A stretch of DNA of 60,821 nucleotides from Thermodesulfobacteriota bacterium (lineage in GTDB: Bacteria; Desulfobacterota; GWC2-55-46): assembly GCA_046757705.1 (NCBI GenBank), contig JBHHYT010000002.1, positions 1-60,821 of the forward strand, given 5' to 3'. A program made the position numbers and the translations under genes. Numbering within the stretch: the first letter of the stretch is position 1; each line of letters opens with the position of its first letter. Below, piece by piece: positions 54,141 to 60,821 of the stretch. Below the pieces are notes generated by a model. It made no database searches. It was not told the origin of the DNA and saw only the letters and a program-made list of their open reading frames with translations.

Positions 54141-55175
54141 TTAAGCCCCTTCCTTGCGGGGATTGTTCCGCCCGCCGGACCTGCCGCGCCCGCCCCTTCT
54201 GCCTTTTCTCGGCCTGTTGCCGGGCTGGCCTGGCTGATTGCCGCCCCCCTGGCCCCCCTGACCCGGCTGTCCGGGCTGGCCTCCGCGCGCGCTCTGGGCC
54301 CCCTGGCCCCCCTGCCTCCCATGGCCCTCGCCGCCCCTCTGGCCGCCGCGTCCGCCCTGCCTCTGCGCTGGCCCGCGTCCGCCCTGAGCGGACTTGCCGT
54401 CTGCGGACTTGCCATCAGCAGCCTTGCCGGCGGCGGGGCCGGCCGGGGCGTGGTGGCCTCCCTTGCCGTGGCCGGTACAGCCCCCGCACCCTGAGGCGGC
54501 CTCCTTGCCCCTCCTCGGCCTGTTCGCCCTCTCCTCCTTGTACATCTCGTGCTCGTAGCTCAGGCAGCACATCAGGCGTCCGCAGATACCGGATATCTTG
54601 ACCGGGTTGAGGGCGAGGTTCTGCTCCTTTGCCATCTTTATGGTCACAGGCTCGAACTCGGAGAGGAAACCGGCGCAGCAGAGCTCCCTGCCGCATGGAC
54701 CGAGCCCGCCTATCATCTTCGCCTCGTCCCTGACGCCGACCTGCCGCATCTCGATGCGGGTGTGGAAACCGGCGGCGAGGTCCTTTACCAGCTCGCGGAA
54801 GTCCACCCTTGTCTCGGAGGTGAAGTAGAATATCGCCTTGCTCGAATCGAAGAGGTACTCCACGCGTATCAGCTTCATCGGGAGCCGGTAGTAGAGTATC
54901 TTCTCCTTGCATATCCTGAACGCCTCTTTCTCGCGCTCGGTGTTGAAACCGTGCCGCTCGAGGTCGACGGAGTCGGCCTTGCGCACCACCTTCTTCAGCT
55001 GGCGGGTAATGGTGGAGGGGTCCACCTCCTTGGGCCTGTAGACGACCGTGCCCAGGCCCAGGCCCCGCTCGACCTCCACTATCGCCATCTCCCCGGGTTC
55101 GAGCGCGAGGCCGTTCGAGTCGAAGTCATATATCTTGCAGGCCTTTTTGAACCTGACACCCACTATATTTATCAT
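54141..55175 (-). CDS. PSP1-domain protein (RicT/YaaT-like) with ~120-aa Gly/Arg/Gln-rich C-terminal tail
   Basis: The N-terminal ~215 aa have PSP1 features (VGVRFKKACKIYDFD...CGRELCCAGFL...CGRLMCCLSYE). The tail (54144-54512) reads GGRGPAQRQGGRGGQRGGEGHGRQGGQGAQSARGGQPGQPGQGGQGGGNQPGQPGNRPRKGRRGGRGRSGGRNNPRK. Confidence 0.75.
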   Translation of the reverse strand: MINIVGVRFKKACKIYDFDSNGLALEPGEMAIVEVERGLGLGTVVYRPKEVDPSTITRQLKKVVRKADSVDLERHGFNTEREKEAFRICKEKILYYRLPMKLIRVEYLFDSSKAIFYFTSETRVDFRELVKDLAAGFHTRIEMRQVGVRDEAKMIGGLGPCGRELCCAGFLSEFEPVTIKMAKEQNLALNPVKISGICGRLMCCLSYEHEMYKEERANRPRRGKEAASGCGGCTGHGKGGHHAPAGPAAGKAADGKSADGKSAQGGRGPAQRQGGRGGQRGGEGHGRQGGQGAQSARGGQPGQPGQGGQGGGNQPGQPGNRPRKGRRGGRGRSGGRNNPRKEGA

Positions 55176-55220
55176 ATCTCCATAAACCCTCTTATGTGTT
55201 TTGCCCCGTTCCAGCGTCCC

Positions 55221-56222
55221 TCAGCACCCGGCCAGACGCAGGAACAAGGCCTCCATCGCGAGCTGGCGGTTGCCGTACCTCGGGGGCATGATGCTTGTCC
55301 TGGTCTCCTCGATCATCGAGTACGAGTCCGCGAGCCGGAAGAAAGGCAGCTCCGCGGCGTCTTCCATGAACTCCGAAAAGTCCGCGTTGACGACGAGCCC
55401 CGGCGCGCCCTCGGCCGCCACGACCCTGTCCCTGTACCATATCTTCATGAACTCGAGCAACTCGCCGAGGTCGTCCCTCTTGTACAGCTCTGCGGCAAGC
55501 CTCAACGCCCCTTCAACGTCCCCGCGCCCGAGGCCGCCGAGGCGCTCGAGCACCTCTCTCCTCTTCTCGTAAGCCCCCTCGTTCACTTGCCTGAGAGCGG
55601 CCCCCATGGACCCGCACGACAGGCGCGCGAGCGCCAGCGCGTCCTCCCTCGTCAACCCGCTCTCCTCTTCCAAGGCCCTTCCGAGCTCCTCGGCGGGTAT
55701 GGGGCGGAAGTTCATCCTGTGGCACCGGGATATTATGGTGGGCAGCAGCTCGGAAGCGCGGGAGGTTACGAGTATGATGACGGAAGCCGCGGGAGGCTCC
55801 TCCAGTGTCTTGAGGAAGGCGTTGGCCGCGGCGGGCTGCATCCTGTCCGCACCGTCGATTACCACCACCTTCATCCCGCGCTCGACCCTGTACCTGAGGG
55901 CCGACTGCACCTCCCTCACCCTCTCTATCTTTATAAGGCCGTTGACGTCCGGTTCGTCGTTCTTGTCCACGGGCGAGACCCTTATGAGGTTCGGGTGGGT
56001 GGACGCATCCATGAGCGCGCAGTCGGCGCATCGTCCGCACGAATCGTCGCCCGCCGGGTCGGCGCAGTTGAGAGAAGCGGCAAAGGCGAGCGCGGCAAGC
56101 CTCTTGCCGACGCCATCCGGCCCCGAGAAGAGGAACGAATGGGAGAACCTCCTGTTTTTCAAGGAGTTTTTAAGGACACCGACCTCGCGCGCATGCCCGA
56201 GGATGTCTCTGAAAGCCGCCAT
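55221..56222 (-). CDS. holB: DNA polymerase III subunit delta'
   Basis: HSFLFSGPDGVGKR, zinc-module-like CGRCADC and SRCHRMNF motifs. tmk-holB synteny supports the call. Confidence 0.85.
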   Translation of the reverse strand: MAAFRDILGHAREVGVLKNSLKNRRFSHSFLFSGPDGVGKRLAALAFAASLNCADPAGDDSCGRCADCALMDASTHPNLIRVSPVDKNDEPDVNGLIKIERVREVQSALRYRVERGMKVVVIDGADRMQPAAANAFLKTLEEPPAASVIILVTSRASELLPTIISRCHRMNFRPIPAEELGRALEEESGLTREDALALARLSCGSMGAALRQVNEGAYEKRREVLERLGGLGRGDVEGALRLAAELYKRDDLGELLEFMKIWYRDRVVAAEGAPGLVVNADFSEFMEDAAELPFFRLADSYSMIEETRTSIMPPRYGNRQLAMEALFLRLAGC

Positions 56223-56286
56223 GTCTATGATAACGGCAGGCCAGAGGGCCCGCCGCGCCTCCGTTTTTACGTATCTATACGGCCGG

Positions 56287-56922
56287 TTACGCGAGTTCCT
56301 TTTCTATGATATCACAGATATCCCTGTGTATCGAAGGGATTTCACCCGACGCATCGACCCTCCTTATCCGCGCCTCGGTGCGGGAAAGCTCGAGAAACCC
56401 CTCCCTCACCCTCCTGTGGAAGGCCACATCCTCCCTCTCGAAACGGTCTTCCTTGTCCGCCCCCGTGGCGGCCTCTATCCTCCCGAGGGCCCGCCCGAGG
56501 CCCTGCTCCACGTCGCAGTCGAGCAGGATGGTGACGTCCGGGGAGAGGCCCCCGGCGGCGAGCCGGTTGAGCGTGCGTATCGCCTCGATGTCGAGGCCGC
56601 GCCCGTAACCCTGGTACGCGATGGTGGAGTCGGTGAACCTGTCGCAGATGACGGTAGCGCCCCCTTCGAGCGCGGGCCTTATGACGTCCTTTACAAGCTC
56701 GGCCCTGCACGCCTCGTAGAGGAAGAGCTCGGCCAACGGGCCCATGGGCTCGCCCCCGGAGTTGAGCAGTATCGAGCGCACCCTTTCGCCGACCCCGGTG
56801 CCTCCGGGCTCCCTCACGGCAACGACGCGCGCGCCTCTGGACTCGATATACTCCTTGAGAAGCCCCATCTGGGTCGACTTGCCGCTACCCTCGATGCCCT
56901 CGAATGTTATGAAAAGCCCCAA
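56287..56922 (-). CDS. tmk: Thymidylate kinase
   Basis: FITFEGIEGSGKSTQ P-loop and DRFTDSTIAYQG motif. Confidence 0.92.
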   Translation of the reverse strand: MGLFITFEGIEGSGKSTQMGLLKEYIESRGARVVAVREPGGTGVGERVRSILLNSGGEPMGPLAELFLYEACRAELVKDVIRPALEGGATVICDRFTDSTIAYQGYGRGLDIEAIRTLNRLAAGGLSPDVTILLDCDVEQGLGRALGRIEAATGADKEDRFEREDVAFHRRVREGFLELSRTEARIRRVDASGEIPSIHRDICDIIEKELA

Positions 56923-57043
56923 GCCTCCCCCGCGCGGGCGCAGGGCCCGCCAGTTGAAATTCTAAAAATATTACAGGAAAAGTTTTTCATAAGCAAGACA
57001 TTCTGCGCCGAGCGCGGCGCGCCGGAGCGGGGAGGAATTTTTC

Positions 57044-57052
57044 TGATATAAT
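57044..57052 (+). promoter_or_regulatory. Extended -10 promoter element (TGaTATAAT) upstream of the Met-rich protein gene
   Basis: Read directly: tttcTGaTATAATgagg, about 85 nt upstream of ATG 57138. No clear -35 element is present. Confidence 0.35.
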
Positions 57053-57137
57053 GAGGAGGAATGTGTCAACAGGGGAGCTTTCTCATGGTCGGGGCGGCCC
57101 CATGCGGTCTCAAAACACACAATAAGGAGGTTTGGAG

Positions 57138-57533
57138 ATGAAGATCCCGGGTTTTCTCTTGTCTGCTCTGCTGGCTGGAACGCTTCTTGGCACACCCGCC
57201 CTTGCGGCTGACGGGGGCATGATGGGCAAACAGCCCTGTGGCACGACGAGCAAGCAGCCGTGCGGCATGATGGGGCAGCGTGGCATGATGGGAGGCGGTA
57301 TGATGATGGGCTCCATGATGGGCAAGCACAGCCGGATGGGGCAGGAGATGATGGGCATGATGAAGGAGACTATGGGCATCCTGAGGGACCTGAACCACAG
57401 GCCTACCAACGCGCAGAAGCAGAGGCTCAACGAGATGATCAATAAACTCGACGGCATGATGCAGAAGCACAAGGAGATGATGCACAAGATGCGGGAGAAG
57501 ATGAAGATGCACAAGGAGAAGATGGAAGAATAA
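57138..57533 (+). CDS. Secreted methionine-rich protein (possible periplasmic metal-binding / CpxP-ZraP-like chaperone)
   Basis: AGGAGG lies 7 nt upstream of the ATG. Signal peptide MKIPGFLLSALLAGTLLGTPALA|ADGG. By my count, 27 of 131 residues are Met, in MMG/MMxK clusters. There are two QPCG repeats and a helical, Lys/His/Met-rich C-terminus. Confidence 0.65.
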   Translation: MKIPGFLLSALLAGTLLGTPALAADGGMMGKQPCGTTSKQPCGMMGQRGMMGGGMMMGSMMGKHSRMGQEMMGMMKETMGILRDLNHRPTNAQKQRLNEMINKLDGMMQKHKEMMHKMREKMKMHKEKMEE

Positions 57534-57566
57534 CTCCGCACCTCACGCAGGCTCTCAAAAGATACC

Positions 57567-57596
57567 GGGCGGCCCCCATGGGGGGGCGCCTTTTTT
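57567..57596 (+). terminator. Intrinsic terminator after the Met-rich gene (GGCGGCCCCC-at-GGGGGGGCGCC-TTTTTT)
   Basis: A GC stem followed by a T6 tract, about 35 nt after the stop. Confidence 0.6.
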
Positions 57597-57745
57597 CCTC
57601 AAGCCTTCGATATTCAAGGTTTTTCTTGGCAGAAGGCCCCTGCCCGGCCCCCTCCGCCCGGATACACCGCCCCCGATCGCGCCCCGGGGGAGGATGGGCA
57701 TCCCTGTCCGCGTCCTCATCCCCTTAGCCCTGTGAACAAATTATC

Positions 57746-57775
57746 TTGACAACGAGCATACCCCTATGATAGCAA
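57746..57775 (+). promoter_or_regulatory. Possible promoter of the F-type atp cluster: TTGACA-N18-TAGCAA
   Basis: A perfect -35 hexamer with a weak -10, about 180 nt upstream of ATG 57954. Confidence 0.25.
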
Positions 57776-57953
57776 TACTCTGTTTAAATACAGGAAAATC
57801 GAACCGGCACAGCCCTTTTTTGATGTGTATCCCCTCAAATTCCGATTCCAGCGGAAAAATACGGGAAAAATGCGGACAGACGCCGCGGGGTACCGGGTTA
57901 CGAGCGCCTCGGGCGGCAACTTATTGTTTTCAAAAAACTTTTAGGGACCAAAG

Positions 57954-58928
57954 ATGCTTGATATCGACATCACTCTCCTCTACCAGATGATAGGCTTCGT
58001 GGTGCTTCTGTTCATCATGAACAACCTGCTCTACAAGCCCCTGCTGAAGATACTCAAGGAAAGGGACGAGCGCATAGACGGCACGCTCAAGAACGCGTCC
58101 AGGACCGAAAAAGAGGTCGAAGAGGGGCTCAAGGAGTATGAGCAGCGCCTGAAGGAGGCCACCGTCAAGGGCGTGGAGGCACGCAACAAGATACGGCAGG
58201 AAGCCCTCGATGCCGAAAAGGAGATACTCGACGCCGCCCGCGAGAAGGCCGCCGGGGAGATGGCTGTAATGAAGCGGGGGCTCGAGAAGAGCAAGCGCGA
58301 CGCCCTCGACGAGCTCAAGGCCGAGACGAAGACCCTCTCGCGGTCCATCGCCGAGAAGATACTCGATAGGAAGGTCGTCGTTGCCCTGTTCGCCTTCGTC
58401 CTGCCGCTCCTTCCGCTCCTGGCGCGCGCAGCCGAGGAGGCGCACCACGAGGCCGGAGGCAACACCATGCTCTGGAAGATAGTCAACTTCGTCATCCTCG
58501 CCGTGGTCGTCGTCATAGTCTGGAAGAAGTTCATCGGCAAGATGCTCGTAAAGAGGAGCGCGGACATAAAGCAGGCCATGGAGGACGCGAAGGCCGCAAA
58601 GGAGGCCGCCGACGCGCGCGCCGCCGAGTACGCGACAAAGCTGTCCATGCTCGAGAGGAGGATGGCCGAGATACACGAGGAGCTCGAGGCCGGCGCAGAG
58701 GCCGAGAAGAAGAAGATCCTCGCCGAGGCCGAGGCCGCGGCGGTGAAGATAATGGAGCAGGCGAAGCTGACCGCCGAGCAGGAAGTGAAGAAGGCTAAGG
58801 CCGAGATAAGGGCCGAGGTGGCCAGCCTGACGGTGCGCATGGCCGAGGAATTGCTGAACAAGGAACTCAAGCCCGACGACCAGGAGAAGCTGGTCAAGGG
58901 GTATCTCGACAACCTGAGGCTCAACTGA
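57954..58928 (+). CDS. atpF: F-type ATP synthase peripheral-stalk subunits b' and b encoded as one continuous ORF
   Basis: Residues 1-140 are a TM helix plus YKPLLKILKERDERI coiled coil (b'-like). Residues 141-171 are a hydrophobic segment plus AEEAHHEAGGNT. Residues 172-324 are the TM helix MLWKIVNFVILAVVVVIVW plus KKFIGKMLVKRSADIKQAMEDAK coiled coil (b-like). There is no stop codon between the halves. Confidence 0.7.
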   Translation: MLDIDITLLYQMIGFVVLLFIMNNLLYKPLLKILKERDERIDGTLKNASRTEKEVEEGLKEYEQRLKEATVKGVEARNKIRQEALDAEKEILDAAREKAAGEMAVMKRGLEKSKRDALDELKAETKTLSRSIAEKILDRKVVVALFAFVLPLLPLLARAAEEAHHEAGGNTMLWKIVNFVILAVVVVIVWKKFIGKMLVKRSADIKQAMEDAKAAKEAADARAAEYATKLSMLERRMAEIHEELEAGAEAEKKKILAEAEAAAVKIMEQAKLTAEQEVKKAKAEIRAEVASLTVRMAEELLNKELKPDDQEKLVKGYLDNLRLN

Positions 58929-59473
58929 TGAAAAGCGCTACATCCAAGAGGTTCGCCAAGGCCCTTATAGAGGTCGGCCGCGAGGACGGGGCTTACAAGG
59001 AGTACGGCAGGGAGCTAAGGACCGCTCTGGCCGTATTCTCCGGCACCCCGGAGCTGTACAAGGTGCTGCTCAACCCCATGTACAGGATAGAGGAGCGTCA
59101 GGGGCTCATAGCCAAACTCTCCGACAGCCTGAAACTCTCCAGGTCCGTATCCCGGTTCCTCAACATACTCGTGGACACCAAGCACATAAAGCAGCTCGAC
59201 GACATCTGCTCCGCGTACTCGACGCTCGAGGACGAGCTTTCCGGCCGGCTGCGCGCCGTGCTGGAGTCGCCCGTCGACATTCCCGCGGAGCTTGTCGACG
59301 AAATAAGGAAAAAACTCTCCGAGTCCACGGGCCGGGAGGTAATCATATCGTTCTCGAAGAACCCCGCCCTCATCGGCGGGCTTGTCATAAGACTTGATAA
59401 TACGATATTGGACGGGAGCCTCAAGACCCAGCTTGAGCTCATGAAAGAAAAAATACTGGAAGGGGTAGTTTAA
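58928..59473 (+). CDS. atpH: F-type ATP synthase subunit delta (OSCP)
   Basis: [15 protein letters not shown]...[14 protein letters not shown]...[26 protein letters not shown] overlap with the preceding ORF. Confidence 0.88.
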   Translation: MKSATSKRFAKALIEVGREDGAYKEYGRELRTALAVFSGTPELYKVLLNPMYRIEERQGLIAKLSDSLKLSRSVSRFLNILVDTKHIKQLDDICSAYSTLEDELSGRLRAVLESPVDIPAELVDEIRKKLSESTGREVIISFSKNPALIGGLVIRLDNTILDGSLKTQLELMKEKILEGVV

Positions 59474-59474
59474 T

Positions 59475-60821
59475 ATGATAAAGGTCGAAGAGATAAGCCA
59501 GCTTATTAAAACCCAGATAAAAGGTTTTGAAAAAGAGATAGACGTTCAGGAAGTCGGCTCGGTCATCTCGGTCGGCGACGGCATAGCCAGGATATACGGC
59601 CTCGAGAAGGCGATGGCCGGAGAGTTGCTCGAGTTCCCCGGCAACATCTACGGCATGGTCCTCAACCTCGAGGAAGACAACGTCGGCGTGGCCATCCTCG
59701 GCGAGTACGACACCATCAAGGAAGGCGACACCGTAAAGAGGACCGGCCGCATCGTCGAGGTCCCTGTCGGAGAGGCCCTGATGGGCCGCGTGGTCAACGC
59801 GCTCGGCCAGCCCATCGACGGCGCGGGCCCCATAGAGTCCTCGGAGAACCGCAGGGTCGAGATAAAGGCCCCCGGCATCGTCGCAAGGAAGTCGGTCAAG
59901 GAGCCCCTGCAGACCGGCATCAAGGCCATCGACAGCATGATCCCCATAGGCAGGGGCCAGAGGGAGCTTATCATCGGCGACCGCCAGACCGGAAAGACCG
60001 CGGTGGCCATCGACACCATCATCAACCAGAAGGGCCTCGACGTATACTGCATCTACGTAGCCATCGGCCAGAAGCAGTCCACGGTCGCCCAGATAGTCGA
60101 AAAGCTCCGCCAGCACGGCGCCATGGACTACACCGTGGTCGTCGCGGCCACGGCCTCGAGCCCCGCCCCTCTCCAGTTCATCGCGCCGTACACCGGCTGC
60201 TCCATCGGAGAGTACTTCAGGGACAACGGCAAGCACGCCCTCATAATATACGACGACCTCTCGAAGCACGCCGTGGCTTACAGGCAGCTCTCGCTGCTCC
60301 TTAGAAGGCCCCCCGGACGCGAGGCCTACCCCGGAGACGTGTTCTATCTCCACTCAAGGCTCCTCGAGAGGGCCGCGAAGCTCTCGGACGCCCTCGGCGG
60401 CGGCTCTCTTACCGCGCTTCCGATCATCGAGACGCAGGCGGGCGACGTCTCTGCCTACGTCCCGACGAACGTCATCTCCATTACGGACGGGCAGATATAC
60501 CTGGAGACCGACCTCTTCTACTCCGGCATAAGGCCCGCCATCAACGTCGGCCTTTCTGTCTCCCGTGTCGGCGGCAGCGCGCAGGTAAAAGCCATGAAGC
60601 AGGTCGCCGGTACGCTGCGGCTCGACCTGGCGCAGTTCAGGGAGCTTGCGGCGTTCGCCCAGTTCGGCAGCGACCTCGACCCCACCACCCAGAAGCAGCT
60701 GGCAAGGGGTACGCGCCTTGTCGAGATACTCAAACAGGGCCAGTACAAGCCCCTGCCGGTCGAAAAGCAGGTGCTCATCATCTACGCGGCCACCAACGGC
60801 TTTATCGACAGCTACCCCGTG
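59475..60821 (+). CDS. atpA: F-type ATP synthase subunit alpha, 3'-truncated by window edge
   Basis: The open frame runs to the end of the window, so it is absent from the ORF track. [43 protein letters not shown], Walker [10 protein letters not shown], and [21 protein letters not shown]. Confidence 0.92.
   Translation, partial: MIKVEEISQLIKTQIKGFEKEIDVQEVGSVISVGDGIARIYGLEKAMAGELLEFPGNIYGMVLNLEEDNVGVAILGEYDTIKEGDTVKRTGRIVEVPVGEALMGRVVNALGQPIDGAGPIESSENRRVEIKAPGIVARKSVKEPLQTGIKAIDSMIPIGRGQRELIIGDRQTGKTAVAIDTIINQKGLDVYCIYVAIGQKQSTVAQIVEKLRQHGAMDYTVVVAATASSPAPLQFIAPYTGCSIGEYFRDNGKHALIIYDDLSKHAVAYRQLSLLLRRPPGREAYPGDVFYLHSRLLERAAKLSDALGGGSLTALPIIETQAGDVSAYVPTNVISITDGQIYLETDLFYSGIRPAINVGLSVSRVGGSAQVKAMKQVAGTLRLDLAQFRELAAFAQFGSDLDPTTQKQLARGTRLVEILKQGQYKPLPVEKQVLIIYAATNGFIDSYPV

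Noticed and set aside
20154-56922. Whether the 36.8-kb uninterrupted minus-strand gene run indicates a single giant operon or island.
   Set aside because: The content is core housekeeping with several internal promoter-like and terminator-like spacers (for example 28486-28744, 41106-41419, 43367-43506). Co-orientation is more simply explained by leading-strand bias.
57766-57990. A 74-aa ORF in the atp leader, and the 24-codon ORF at 57051-57125 in the leader of the Met-rich gene.
   Set aside because: They have no RBS and odd composition. The first overlaps the start of the atp b' coding region out of frame. They are most likely non-coding leader sequence.

Overview
GC-rich bacterial chromosome window, densely packed with housekeeping genes. 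Codon usage is unusual for the GC content, with frequent ATA (Ile) and AGG/AAG codons. I cannot assign a lineage from the sequence alone.

Content from left to right:
- 3' part of rarA and an ACT-domain gene.
- A complete biotin operon, bioB-F-H-C-A-D (+), with a candidate BirA operator.
- A convergent 643-aa aconitase, a CPA1 antiporter and tRNA-Cys (-).
- A small accessory-looking patch: a secreted SNase-type nuclease and a HAMP-only membrane protein on the minus strand, and a divergent AbrB-fold + cupin pair.
- purB-purC-purS-purQ and metF (+).
- A 36.8-kb run of genes that are all on the minus strand (20154-56922). It comprises an archaeal-order A/V-type ATPase operon (H-I-K-E-C-F-A-B-D), comEA, cimA, lysC, lpd, tsaE, nnr, acpS, pdxJ, glmM-cdaR-cdaA-folP-ftsH, yihY, der, era, two duplicated two-gene membrane modules, a TatD/radical-SAM fusion, metG, a PSP1/RicT-like gene, holB and tmk.
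- A secreted Met-rich protein and the start of an F-type ATP synthase cluster (+): a fused b'-b ORF, delta, and alpha truncated at the window edge.

Intergenic DNA carries at least four repeat or hairpin families and one 81-bp tandem duplication.

I do not see a convincing new multi-gene system such as a defence island, CRISPR array or mobile element. The most unusual items are:
- the in-frame b'-b stalk fusion;
- the duplicated (anchored protein + GT-C-like membrane protein) modules inserted with a TatD-rSAM fusion between the conserved metG-tatD and era-der blocks;
- the Met-rich secreted protein;
- the 81-bp tandem repeat upstream of metF.

CDS ends come from the supplied ORF track. Internal starts were chosen by reading RBS and homology context. 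Coordinates of non-coding features may be off by 1-2 nt. The many long ORFs antisense to real genes are treated as GC-bias shadows.
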